Under the pieces are notes generated by a model. It made no database searches. It worked only from the letters and a program-made list of their open reading frames with translations, and had not been told where the DNA came from. Made by a program: the position numbers and the translations under genes. Of a stretch of 64,000 nucleotides of DNA, positions 14,607 to 27,500 are shown in pieces (the first letter of the stretch is position 1; each line of letters opens with the position of its first letter). The stretch is taken from contig CM022665.1 in NCBI GenBank assembly GCA_012295275.1, positions 30,194,001-30,258,000 of the forward strand. Direction: 5' to 3'. The stretch is from Chrysomallon squamiferum. Lineage: Eukaryota; Animalia; Mollusca.

Positions 14607-15034
14607 ATGTGTGTAATTGTTGTTTATCAATCTAATAAACATTTGACAGATTGTTATTCATGTAAGAACAGTTTTTACATAGAGGTACATAAACATCTGT
14701 TATTGCTCTTATTATTATTTATTTTTTTTTTCATCATTATCATTAATTTGGTTGTCAATGTCATTATTATTTTATTATTAATGAATTAATTATTATTTTC
14801 TATTTTAGGCTTTCTTGCACGCAGGTGATCAAGATGATGTTCATGGTGTGTTAGCCATGTCATTCATAGATGAGAGGGTACATGTAACTTTATCAGTGAC
14901 AGGACTGAAAAACAACATCACCTCAGTCGACATCACTGGACCAGCATTGGCAGGTCAATTTGAACTTGATTAATCTCGCTTTTTGACACTGATAAAATAT
15001 AATTCTGCTAAATCTGTAGTTAATATTGCCAGTA

Positions 15035-15075
<41 letters not shown>

Positions 15076-18000
15076 ATGTGCATGTGTGTGTGTGCATATG
15101 TGTGTGCATATATCTGTCTGTCTCTGTCTATATATATATATGGGTTTGTTTTTTTTGTTCAGTGATATATTTCTACTAAATGTATGTTTAATATATTGTT
15201 CAGTTGCATGTGTATATTCATGATAATTTGACTAAATATTCCAGGACCTCCAACACTTAATATTCCAATAACAACAGCTGGAGCTCTGCATTTAACACTG
15301 AATGCCTCTGTACAGATAAGAGATATTGGTTCATGTAAGTATATATAAACTTTATGTAATCAGTTATAAATTATAAATACACAAACACACAACACATACA
15401 GTTAAATAGATATAATGCATTATCGAGGTATGAATATTTATGGTTTATTATAACTAAAATTTAATCAGCTATAATTTAATACTGTTTGATCATCTTTAAA
15501 TATCACTCTTATTTTGGCTTTTTATGTTTTTTAATTTTTTTAAATTAATAACTATTCCTCTTGGTTTTTTTGTTTGTTATAATACCAACCTACACAGTTT
15601 CTTTCATTATTTTGAATTTATTTTGATGTGACATTTAATTAAAATTTAATATTCAGCTTTAAACCATTATTTCTTGTGTTCAGATATAGAAATCATGGAT
15701 GAAAATTTATTTTTGAATATATACTCAATACTTTTTAAAATAACTCATAATTTATTATAATATGTCCTCTTTCTTAATCTTTCTTCTATATATCTAAATT
15801 AAAATGTTTAAGAAAAATAGTACCTAATAAAATAAATTGAGAATATAAACTCTCTAGTGTTTGTGTTTCTTAATATGTAAAATTAGTCTTATAGTAATAT
15901 ATTGATGTTTTATTATAGTGAAATTTCTGAACAAAGTTACAGTGTGTACTGCAGATTCAGCTGAAAGGTTAGAGATTAATCTAGAAGAAGGTATATATGT
16001 AAGTGTTTGATATCTGACTTCAATACAGTATTATATATATATATATATAAATATAAAATGTATGAATAAGTGTCATTTTGATCATATTTCAATTTTTTAC
16101 ATGATTTAAGGAATTACTTTATAAGAGGTGGAAAAATACAGAAATTAATCAAAATTATTACTTATTTAAAAAAGAAATGTTTAGCTGTGTCAGGAATATA
16201 ATATACTACAGATAATACATTTTATTAAGTTAATAATTAGTATATGTTTAGACTATATTATAAAATATTAACTGTAATATAGAATGTTACTAATGGACAT
16301 TATTAAAATTCGAGCAATGAAACAACCAGTTTCAGATATTGAAAATGCTTAGTGTTATCTAAATTAGTTTCTTGATCAAATTACTGGTAATTCTCTAAAG
16401 TGTGTCATCTTTAAAACAGTATTTATTTGTTGATGCTGTCATAATAAATTTTGTTTTGGATAAAAGCTATAATTGTATTTTAATCCTACACACTGACTTA
16501 ATGTAGTAACTTCAAAGAGGGAATGCATTTTAACGTGATTAGATTTCAAGGATTTTTCAGTAATTTCAATTAAATTATTATAATCCCAGCTATTGTGCAT
16601 GGAGAAAGTTTTGAAAGCATTATAATTTAATTTTTTTTTAAAATTCTGCAGGCACTGATCATTGATGAGAGGAAACTGTATGGAGCAGGAATTTTTCAGT
16701 TAACCAAAGGAAGATGGCTGAAGTTTGAAATTGTGGTAAGATTTGTTTTAAACTTTGCTGCCATTAAACTGAATGAATGAATGTTGTTTCAGAGTTCATA
16801 TTTTTGTCAAATCAGTACATGCTTAAAAGTAAATGTAAAAGTAAATACATTTAACATTAAAGCACTATTCTTGTTTTTTTATGTAAAATGAAAACTGATT
16901 CCAGTCAAAGACAAGCTTGATAGCTTTGAAAAAAAAAAAAAAAAAATGGATAAGTTCAGTAAACAGTTAAATAATTAACCAACCACCAACCAACCAAATA
17001 AATAAAGATATAAAGAAAGAAAGAAAGAAAGAATTTATATTATTCTTAGTTCAAGAAAGCAAACCCCCAAGTTGTCAAAGAATAGATTTATCATTTAAAT
17101 GTTACTGTGTTGTTATTTTTCTTTTAGAACAAAAAATATAAAAATTAAGGAGGTAATTACTTTTATTTACATATCTGATAATAATTGGGATATGCTAATT
17201 AAGGTAGTATGTATAACAGGTTTGAATATATTTTTTTTTTAATACTTCAGATTCATTATTGTATTGAACACTAAGAACTAATCTTTATTAATAATAAAGT
17301 ATGAAAGTAAAATATTAAGTTCATTAGAACCGATGCAGTTTTATATTTTATTGTCATTCTATTGAGAAAAAGTTTTCTCTGAAACAAGTAAAACAGTAAA
17401 TGAAATATATTTAGGCCATCTCTAATTTCAACCAAAGCTAAACTTTAAAATTTCAGTTGAAAGGAGTTGAAGGACACATCTCTTATGTTACACTGAATGG
17501 TCCAGATCAGTGGGGTTTCACAGGCTCAGTGAAATACAAACTTACTGAATATGCTGTCTTGAAAGATAATGGTGATGTTTTTATTGCTGGATCTATAAAA
17601 GTGAGTTACAGTCAATAAAAATAGTTTAATTAAAATCTAACTGAAGTAAGCAAATGTGTGTGTGGATGTGTGTGGGTCTGTGTGTTGTGTGTATGTCTGT
17701 GTCTAAATGTATGTGTGTGCATGTATGTCTACATACTTGTGTTCATGTGCACATTATTCATGCATGTGTATCTTTTTAATATTTGCTGAATACAGATATT
17801 TTATTCATTCTGGTTAGAGATGAAGTGTAATCCTTTTTAATTTTAATTTAAATGAATCATTAATAGTTGGAATAATTTTCAATAATGTTGCTGAATTCAG
17901 TTTAGTTTTAGGATTTGAATTCTGAATTTCTGAAATGTTATAAACTTTATTTGAATACAGATATTTTTAAATTGTCTGAGATTAATGATGATCCATTTGT

Positions 18001-18688
18001 AAATATTAAAAAATTCTAAATTGTCTTTGAATTCAGTTTATTTAAATCAAAAATTGTTTTGCTAACAATGTAGAATTTGAATGTTGGATGCACTAAAATA
18101 TTACTGCATTCTATATATACAAATAAAAATAATTTTTTTATAGTTGTTACATTTTGAGCAAAAGCTTATGGACTGTATCTTAAGTAAAAACACACTGATA
18201 ATGTAGATGAGGGATTTTTTTTAAAATGTCACAATTCTGTAAACACATAAGTATTAGTATATATAGTAATTTTCTAAATTGTTAGTAAAATCTAAATAAA
18301 TGTTTATTATTTATAATTATAGGATCTGAGCAGTGACTTTCTGCTGGCTCTGTGGAAGGGTTTGATTACTATCAACATAAAGACACACACAAACAAATCT
18401 GAAAATTTTCTGTTTGGAAAAGTAAGAACGTTTCAAATTTTGATAAATTAATGCATTATTATGTCATATTACAATAATAAAAAAACAACTTTATTATTAG
18501 CAGACAAATTGTTTTGGTATCTAATGGTTTTGCTATCTATTATTTAATTATATGTGAAACTCTATTTTGCTCTTTAAAATTTTCATTTTGTGTTTAAAAA
18601 AAATGTTTCTGGCATTTAGAATTACCTGTGTTAGTGTTAATTATTTATAGGTTTATTAAACTTTTACCTCTTGTGTGTGTGTGTCTGT

Positions 18689-18724
<36 letters not shown>

Positions 18725-19244
18725 AATTTTATTTATTTATTACTTCTTGGTTATATGTAATCACAAATTATAGCCATGACAAACTTATTCTATGAAATGA
18801 ATGAATTTTTCAAACAGTAGAACCATCTTTCATTTAAAATTAATATCCTATAGGTGATTAAGATAAAATTCTATATCAACAGCAAATAATTATTTATTAA
18901 TTCAAACATGAATTTTATTTTCAGTTGTCTAGCCCAGGTGTTTGGTATTGTACAGAAATCAAAGGTGCACCATGTAAGTATATGAAGATTTCTAAAAACT
19001 TTTGTGTTTTGTATTTTGTAAAACCCTCTGTTATATTCATTGTGTCTACAGTCATAAAGCTGAAATACTTTTTGATTAGAATAGATATTTCTGTTGATTT
19101 CTCAATACAGTCTTAGAAATGAGGAATGGGTTTGATTTATTTGTAAAATTTAGCTTTTTAACACCACTAGGCCTGTTTTTCAGTATGTGAAAGAACACCC
19201 TTTGAGTGATATAACAGCAGCTCAGTCTAACACTCATTACTAAA

Positions 19245-19318
<74 letters not shown>

Positions 19319-20690
19319 TGAATCTGATGAGTGATAAAATGGTTACAGATATAGAATTTTATCTTAATCACCTATAGGATATTAACAGTTTTCTCTGTTT
19401 ATTCACAGGTCCTTCTGTGAATTTAAAACCAGAGTATGGTGTTGTTGATGATGGTGCAGAGGTTGTTCCAGCAAGTGGAATAGCTTCCATTGTTTTGGAT
19501 AGAACTAATGTTTTGCAGTACAGGTAATCTATCTATATGTTGTTGTCTTTTGTTAGATGTATGCAGATGTTACTGGTTTATAAAAGATTTGTCCATTTTA
19601 CTACCAGAATGTTTGATCAGATTGAAGAACACCTTCCTTGCTACTATGTTTGACAGTTATTTGCCATCTTTGTGTTTCAAACATACTCTTACATGCCACA
19701 TTAGATCAGCTTAGTAAAAAACTGAAAAGCTCTTTGATTATAAACTTTACATTTACAATGAGTTGTTAGTGAAACCTTAATATATTATGGTATATGTGAA
19801 TTATTTTATATACTGGGATAGATCTTTCTAATTAAATAATAAAATTTGTATCTTTATAAAATATTTTTTTATTTTTTTTTCATTTCTTGTGATACTTAAA
19901 ATATTGTCCTTTTTATATAAATTATCCATAAAGAACTCTTTTGTTTTATTAATAAAAATAACTTGTATTACTTTCAGTATCTTGGTGGAAAATTCTCAAG
20001 TGCCTGCTACCAAGAAACTAAAAGCAGAAATTGTTCATGGATCAAAAACCATTTTACCTATCCAGCTAACATATTCTAAACTGTTTAATAAAGCTTTTGA
20101 AGTACATGTAAGATTATAATACTGTTTTCTGTTAGAAAAAAACACAATAAATCTCCTTATGGCAGGATGTACAACCATGTAGCTAAATTAGTGGAGTGTG
20201 TTATTATTACAAGGATCAGAGTCATCATAACCCCTATAACTCTCTACACATAATTATCTGTATGGAGGTATAATGTATATCAACAGTCTTTTAATCACTG
20301 GTATTTTTAATTCTTGTATGAGATAGCTAAAGCCATTGTTTGTCATTTTCAGCTTGAAAAATAATGTTATTGCATATTAATTAAAAATTATATAACGTTT
20401 TAACAACTCCTACTTCAATTTTAATGCTGACATTATTTATTTATTTATGCAGTTTATTGTTTTATATGTAGAATGTCATCACTGAGCCTGAATTTCAGCT
20501 GATTTCAGCTCTCTCCACAGAGAGAGTTCACTTACGAGTGTTGGAGGTTGATGGCAAAAAAGCAAGACTAACTGGAAAAATCCCACCTGTCTTTAGAAGT
20601 GTCTGTACTCAACCAAAGGTGAAACTGAAAGAAAATTTACTATAAATTATAAAATTTCATACCTTTCATGTAAAAATAAATAAATAAATT

Positions 20691-20723
<33 letters not shown>

Positions 20724-21172
20724 ATAAAAATAATTAAAACAAAAACAAAAAATAATAAAAATTAAAAAGAACCTAAAAAATGAAAAAAAAGAAAAAAATA
20801 AAAATTGAAGTTAGAAAATGTCTCACCCATCATTCAGCTAATTTGTTAAAAATAAATAAATAAAAAATTCAGTTAGAAAATCTTTCTTTATAGTGTGTAA
20901 GAAATAATTATCCTTTATGATTTAATCTTTTATATTCACGGGAGATGTAATATTTTCTCAAGTTAGATGTGATATTTTCTCAAATTAAGTAAGTTCTTGA
21001 ATGTTAAAACATATTCACAAATGTTATGAGATGCTGATATTTACAAGCAATATCTCTTAACTATATAATGATTAGTTTTACAGTTTCAGACTGTCTATAC
21101 ATGCATGCTGCTGAAAACATGCACATAAGCATATGTACATGCAAAACAAAAGACTCACAGATATGCTCATAA

Positions 21173-21207
<35 letters not shown>

Positions 21208-22647
21208 CACACTTATGCTGAAATACAGACATGTATATGTTTATATACACAAAAATCTATAGATATGGCAAATATCACACACACACACACACTATGACAC
21301 ATTCACTCAGAGATATTTAATAATTTATTTTCTGATTTTTTTTTCTAGAATATTATTGTGGGTGAAGAACATGGTAACTGGTCAACAAAAGCTGTCCCCT
21401 TTGGAAGTCTGTACACTTTGCTTGAAGACCAGCTAGTGTTTACCTTCTCTGGTAATGATTCTGTTCACCTGATGTTAGACAAGGTATTTTCTTTCATTTA
21501 TTTTGTTTTAAATTTAGAAGTCTAGCACAATAGTTTCATAAATGTTAATCAGATTTAATTACAATTTATACTTTTACTACATCACAGTTTTAACGATGAT
21601 ATTATTATTATTGTTGTCGTTGTTGTTGTTATTGTTTTTATTACTATTACTGTACTTGTTATTGTTATCATTATAATCATTATTTTTAATATTAAATATA
21701 ATTTGTATTAAAAGATATTTAAAAACATTTATAATATTAATGGTTTGAAGACAAAAGCAATAAAATAAAGCATTTAAAAATATTTTTAAAAAAATATAAT
21801 TTCAGAAATTTACTGGACTTTGTTCTAGTCAATCATATTAAAAAAAAAAATAATGTGTTCTGAAACTGCAACATCTTAAATAAATAAAAATTAAGAAATA
21901 AATAATAAAAATTCAGACAGATTTATATACCAGGTCCTATGTTAAAATCAGATTTTTTTAACAAGGTATGAGTCAAGGCAATACATTAAATTGTTTTTAA
22001 AAGTGTACAAGTTAGTTATATTTTCCTAGAAATATTATATCTTTAAGAAATCTATGGAAAAAAGTTCATGTTTATAAACAATCCAAGAAATATTATATTC
22101 ATTTAATTATCAGAATGAAAAAACATTTAAAAAAATTTTCTTTTTAAATTAAATAAAAATATTTTGTTAAAACTGAGATCTGTAGGAATATGAGCATAAT
22201 AAAATAATTTATGCAATAATCTGTTTAAATTATATAAATAAATAAATAAATAAACAAACAAACAAAATAAATAATAACAGTATAAAATAAATAAATAACT
22301 AAAAATATGTAACATAAAAAATTACAAATCCCAAACAAAACAACCAAAAACACTTCTTCATTTTTTTATTATTTTTTTTTTTGACTGTAACAATGTATAT
22401 TGAAATTATTAATATGGTAGACTGTATCTCAATTTCAGGAACATTTTGATGATTGCAACTTTGAAAATGCCACCCAAATTGGAGCACCCCCTCACACTTC
22501 TGACAAGCTGTCTGTAGACTACAGATTAAAGAAATTGGGGGTGCAGTACTTCAGCTCTGAAGCAAACTGCAACTCAACACAGCCTCTGAAACTGATTGTC
22601 AAGATTTTACATCCAGGTATGACTCTGACCCTGTGTTGTATTATAAT

Positions 22648-22686
<39 letters not shown>

Positions 22687-23697
22687 ACAGTTACAAACAC
22701 ATCATCATAAAGATAGTATCATTTGTTTTTATCAGATTTAAAACTTAATTTAAAATCTTTTAAGGAAAGGACATAATTCTGCTATTACAGTATAAAATTG
22801 ATATGTTAAGAAATATATATAATTTTAAAATTAAAATTTTAAAAAAAAATGTATTTAATATTTTTGAAATTATTAATTATTGCAAAATTATCACAATTAT
22901 CTTTTTTTTATTTTATTTACATGAACTTTTAAATAATTCTGATTTGTTAATATTTTCCCCCAAAATAATTCTTAAATGATTAAATGAAAATGTTGTTGGT
23001 TTTATAGATAAACTTTATTTACTTCACAATTGGTTTAAAGCTTATTTAATGTATCTCACTATTCATAAGCTGTTTTGTATTACAAGTATTCAGAAATATT
23101 TGTTAATTCATTTTGACAATTTCTATTAAGTTCTTGTTTAATGTTTATTATTCATAATGATTTTATTAAATATAATATTTATTTTTAAAATTCCTATCCA
23201 TTTTTATTAACTTTAGTTTTTATTATTTTTTATAAGTTTATAAGTTTTTGTTAACATTTTGTTTATTTTATTAATTTTTAAATAATTTTTGGCAAATGAA
23301 CTTAACAGTTTCACTCAATTTGCAGTTTTTATTTTAACTTAATTTTGAGGAACTGAATACATATCAACAATTCACTTCATTTTTTATTTATTTTAGTTTT
23401 CATTTTGTTTTTCATTTTATCAAATAAAATTGTGCATAGCCGTATATTTTTTTTAAATTTCCATTTTTTTATTAAAAAATTTTAGTTCCTGTAAAACTGG
23501 ACTTGAATGAGTGTTCAGAGTCACTGTATGATGTATGGAGAAAACAAGAACTAAATAAATATATAACTCCAAACCCTGCTGGAGCTGCAGTTGGTGGATT
23601 GATTGCTGGAATTATTATTCTTGCCATCTTTGTTGTGTGGGACAGGAGAATCCATGACAAGAAGAGTGGAGATGTCTCAATGTTTGAAAGATTCTAA
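1492..23697 (+). CDS. Uncharacterised type-I membrane glycoprotein, 5' end upstream of the window: LPMO-like terminal segment, 4 CHRD-like repeats, phytocyanin-like domain, TM helix, short tail
   Basis: 19 AG/GT-bounded exons join phase-consistently into one open frame: 1492-1558, 2205-2304, 9106-9206, 9834-9996, 10847-10918, 11295-11444, 14809-14953, 15245-15334, 15919-15998, 16652-16735, 17457-17600, 18323-18421, 18925-18973, 19409-19523, 19978-20107, 20472-20618, 21349-21483, 22439-22616, 23486-23697 (TAA). Many N-x-S/T sequons (NNT, NLS, NAT, NST, NQS, NRT, NGT, NIT, NAS, NKS, NWS, NDS). Hydrophobic AAVGGLIAGIIILAIFVVW is followed by DRR. Positions 1-10 (CATAAAGATG|gtatac) may be the end of the preceding exon. 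Linkage across the 6.8-kb intron 2305-9105 rests on phase compatibility only. Confidence 0.8.
1645..1790 (+). mobile_element. Decayed SINE-like interspersed repeat
   Basis: Shares TCCATTG..CT.TTTC...TTCCA..C.GT...TTTATC.AAGG with 56785-56880. Resembles, from memory only, a tRNA-derived gastropod SINE. Confidence 0.45.
3887..4705. repeat. 41-bp minisatellite, 19 near-perfect copies plus a degenerate 20th
   Basis: Unit GCTGTTAAACACTGTAGATATTAGAGGAGAAATGTAACCAA with an exact 41-nt period (3887, 3928, 3969 ... 4666). No spacers. Confidence 0.95.
6268..6366. repeat. Perfect tandem duplication of about 43 bp
   Basis: AATAAAAATTAATTTATGCATTATTATGTAATTAAGTGTGTGG occurs twice, followed by a partial third copy. 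Confidence 0.8.
7198..7295. repeat. (GA)n microsatellite
   Basis: Direct reading; source of the spurious RERE/SLSL ORFs. Confidence 0.95.
9106..20618 (+). CDS. Four CHRD-like repeats of gene 1 (about 9106-10918, 14809-15998, 16652-18421, 19409-20618)
   Basis: Typical CHRD pattern: GAGIFQLTKGRWLKFEIVLKGVEGHISYVTLNGP...DLSSDFLLALWKGLITINIKTHTN...LFGK; VHVTLSVTGLKNNITSVDITGPALAG; ASGIASIVLDRTNVLQYSILV...LISALSTERVHLRV...RLTGKI; TWNDLNRTVINELKSEKLILKL...VNGTI. Repeats 1 and 2 are more divergent. Confidence 0.65.
10035..10640. repeat. Highly degenerate tandem repeat of about 105 bp
   Basis: AAACAAAG recurs near 10043, 10250, 10353 and 10561; CTAGCAATGTCAGC near 10375 and 10582. Confidence 0.5.
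12603..13940. repeat. Degenerate tandem repeat of about 100-120 bp, roughly 12 copies, decaying rightwards
   Basis: Recurrent GTACTGAAAATAATTTGGCTTTG...TTTTCATAACTCTTGG...TCATTCATTTAGCAAATTTTTATA. Confidence 0.75.
19249..19314. repeat. (GA)n microsatellite
   Basis: Direct reading. Confidence 0.95.
21349..22616 (+). CDS. Phytocyanin/plastocyanin-like (cupredoxin) domain of gene 1
   Basis: Translation IIVGEEHGNW...EDQLVFTFSGNDSVHLMLDKEHFDDCNF...LGVQYFSSEANCNSTQPLKLIVKI follows the phytocyanin pattern VG..GW...GD.LVF.Y...HxV..V...Y..C...G..YFxC....HC..GMKL.I.V. Confidence 0.7.
23486..23697 (+). CDS. Last exon of gene 1: TM helix and 18-aa cytosolic tail ending in FERF
   Basis: Acceptor tttag at 23481-23485; contains ORF 23503..23697; TAA at 23695-23697. 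Confidence 0.8.
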
Positions 23698-24560
23698 AAC
23701 CAATTTGTAAAAGATAATAACATTCTGGTGTTTATTTTTATGTTTCGGTATTCAAAAGATTCTAAATCAGATTTTAAACCAATAATAATATTGCAGTGTT
23801 TTATTTTATATTTCAGTGTTTGAAAGAGACAAAAACAGTTTTCAAAAAGCAGAGATAATGTTTGGGTGTTTCTTTTTATGTTTTAATATTTAAGTGATTC
23901 AAAAACAAATTTTAAATATATAAAAAACATTCTGCAATTTTATTTGAAGGATTATAAAACAGATCTGCAAGACATAATAATATTCTGACATTTTATTTTA
24001 TGTTTCAATGTTTGTCAGATTCTAAACAGTAGAAACAAAATATAATTTCAGAATAGTATGCCATATTATTTTTCAATATTTGAAAAATTTGAAAACAGCA
24101 AGAACAAAACAGATAGTAACAGTATTCTGTTTAATGTTTGACAGATTTTAAAACTGTGGAAACAGTTAACAGCAGTTCATTCTATGTTAGAATGTTTTAA
24201 AAATTCTAAACAAGCAGAAACAAAGCAGATGGTATAGTTTATACAGTCCATTTCATGTCGTAATGCTTGAAAGATTTGAAAATGCTGGAAACAAAGCATA
24301 AGATTATTTTATTATTCCAAAATGTTTGTTCCATTTTATGTTGTAAGTGTTTGAAAATTCTAAAACAGAGTGCAAACAAAACCGAAATCTACCAAAATTC
24401 CATTAATTCATTTCATTTCATTTCCATGTTTGAAATATTCTGAACCTCAGCATAAAAAAAAGGTAAAAATGTTCTGATATTCCAAATGACATTCCATTTT
24501 ATGTTTCAGAATCTGAAAGATTTTAAAAATGAAGAAACAAAACAAATAATAACATTCAGT
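23677..24560. repeat. Degenerate tandem repeat of about 68 bp (about 13 copies) starting in the last codons of gene 1
   Basis: Core TCAATGTTTGAAAGATTCTAAAAC recurs near 23677, 23746, 23813, 23883, 23939, 24005, 24073, 24131, 24189, 24260, 24344, 24423 and 24506. Confidence 0.75.
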
Positions 24561-27500
24561 TCCTTCATGTTGGCATTCCATTTTATTTATATCATGTTCT
24601 ACTGTATTCTTTCAAAACTGCAGTTCCATTTTATTTGGAAAGGCTGCATTTTACAAAATAAGATAATCAGGAACCCATTATTTGTATATAAAAAATGAAC
24701 CAGAATTAACATAAGACCCTTGCCAAAAATAAAAAAATATAATAACCTTTCAAAAAATCTATTTGTAATGATCATTATGTGCCTAAATATAATTTATTTC
24801 TTAAAAATGTTTTTTATTTATTAAACCAAATGTCTGTAGCAGATAAATTAAAAAACTGCTAAAAAAAACAACCACAAAATCTTTTTAAAATGTTAATCCT
24901 ATTATTATCATTTTTTTTTAAATTCATTTCACCAGTAAATGTGATATATTAAAAAAATGTTGTTATTAGTTCCACTGTTAACATTCTTTCGATGTTTTAT
25001 TTTAGACAGAATGATATATTGTTAATATATCTTTCTTTCTGATCTCATCATACTTTAAAAGTTTTCTAAATGGCAATATAAATTCCCTATGTACGGGTAT
25101 ACACCCTTTAAAATCTTTGAACTTTAATAATGTTTTAAAAATTATGTTTATTGTCATTTTATTTCTTGTCTTTGTATGTTGAATTTTAATGTACGCATTG
25201 TAAATAGATGGCAGTTGTTAAATATGTTTCCAAAAATGTACTGTTCTAATATGGACACAGTAAATTATTTTATTTTTTATTAAACTTAGATGGTCAGTTT
25301 TTAGAAGTTTCAAGCTGTCATATATATATATAATAAAATTCCCTTTAAACTATAAAGCCAATTATTGTGGAACCCATCCCTAAAGCATATTTGGTACTTT
25401 TATTCTTGTATGTGATTAAATTGATGAACTAAATATTATAATAGATAACTGAATCTCAGTAATTCAATTGTTATGATTCTACTCACACTATAGGTGCAAT
25501 ATCATGGAAAATTCTGATTTAACATTACATAAAACTACACATTTATCTTAAAGCCATTTTAGCATTATTATACATTATTTCAAACATTTAAAAGATAGCC
25601 ATTCATATCAAAAAAAAAAAAAAAAAAAAAAAGAGAGAAATACTGTGGTCAGTTTACTATGTCCGTCCAAATATACATGTATATGTTGTTTCTATGACTT
25701 CATTATTCATTTAATTTAAAATATTTCACTAAAAGCATATCTGAATTAACAAACTAAAAACAAACTTTTTCATAGTAAAAATTGAAACTGTTAAGTGATA
25801 TATTGTAACAAAAAATCACAATTCTTAACAATTTACAGTATACACACATAAATGCATACATGTATGGTTTTGTTTTTTCATTTTGTGATTTGTGTATCGT
25901 AATTTTATTATGTTTTGTAAACTTTTACATTGTGCCTTTATATAAATATCTAAAAAATAGAAATATACTGAATCCTGTTTTTTTTCATTATTATTATTAT
26001 TATTTTAATTTTTTTTTGTTAACAGTTCATTCTGTTTAAAAACGATCATGGAAAAAATTATTTCACTGAATTTATTTTTTGGTTTATTTTAAGAAATGGA
26101 AAAAATGTAAGTAAAAGAAAACACTTGGTATTTTTTATATCCTGGATTTCCAGTGATTTTCTTGGAGTGTGTTGATTAACTGTCTAATCGACAGTTGATT
26201 ATGTTTTTAAAAATAAAATTAGTCTTTTAAAATTATATCAACAAAATTAAAGTTATTGATTGAAAAATATTTCTTATAAATTGTATGATTCTTGAGAACA
26301 AAATCTTTTTATTATTTTTAAAATTTTATTATAACTTTTTATCTCATTATGAAGAATTAGTGCTTTTTATTTAATTAAAAGCAATCTTGCTGAACTAATT
26401 TTAATGTGCTATGGTTATGCCAGTTATTGCAAAAATAGCTTATGTTGTTTTTTATGGAAATTGTCAAGTATTTGATGAATTACTTCATTTAATATTTTTT
26501 TTCTGGTTTTTTTTTTTTTTTTTTTTTTTGTGCATTCCTTTTGTGTGGATTCGAATGGCAAAAATGCATTTTATTTTTTCCATCTTACTAGTATTTTATT
26601 TGTGTTAATTATATTTCCAAATTATAAAGTTTGAAATTAAAATTAGCAAGTTTTTCCTTTTATGATGTCATTTCATGAATACAAATGTAGAAAAGATATA
26701 AATAAATAGCAGGGGAAAAAACAAAAAAAAACAAAAAAGTATGTATGTATGTATATATTTATATATATATATATAAAACTGAAAACCCAGTCTGAGTAAA
26801 ATTAATCATTAGAATTTATAAAATAATATATTAGCAATTTTTAATTACTTTTTTTTTTTTTTTTTTAAATGTATATACAAAATGAGAAATGTGAGCCTCT
26901 GTATATGCTTGTGATTTTATTATCATATTTTATTATTAGCAAAGTTTGGTTTGAAGTAGAAATGAAACAATCAGTTTGAAGTATATAAAATGTATTTAAG
27001 TTTATTTGTTATACAGGTTTTGTGTTTTAAAGTGATAATTTGTTTTAATACCATATTTGAACTATAATAATCATTTCCTGTCATTTTATTTTACTTGGTT
27101 GTTATTCAATGTTATTTTATCTTTTATTTAATGTTAAAACTGTTTCATGTAATTTTACATGTTTAATGTTTTATACCATGCAACTAATTATTTTTAGATC
27201 TGATTCCATGACTTTATTTTCACAAATTTATGCAATGCACAATTTACAATGACTTATTTATTTTTTCATATTTTGTTGTGATAATATAATTAGTTAGACA
27301 TATGTTGTATTTATACATTTGTTTGTGTATTCATTGTTTCAAATAAAAAAAAATATATAAAAACCTGCAGAGTTTATTATTATTATTTTTTAGTTGTCTG
27401 TTGAATAAAATTTAATATTTAAAATAAATTTACAAAAGTAATATTTACTTATGTCTACAGAAAATATGACTGAAAATAAATTTTAAAAATAGTAATTTTA

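Noticed and set aside
9106-20618. Calling gene 1 chordin
   Set aside because: No VWC repeats are visible and it has a TM anchor, whereas chordin is secreted.
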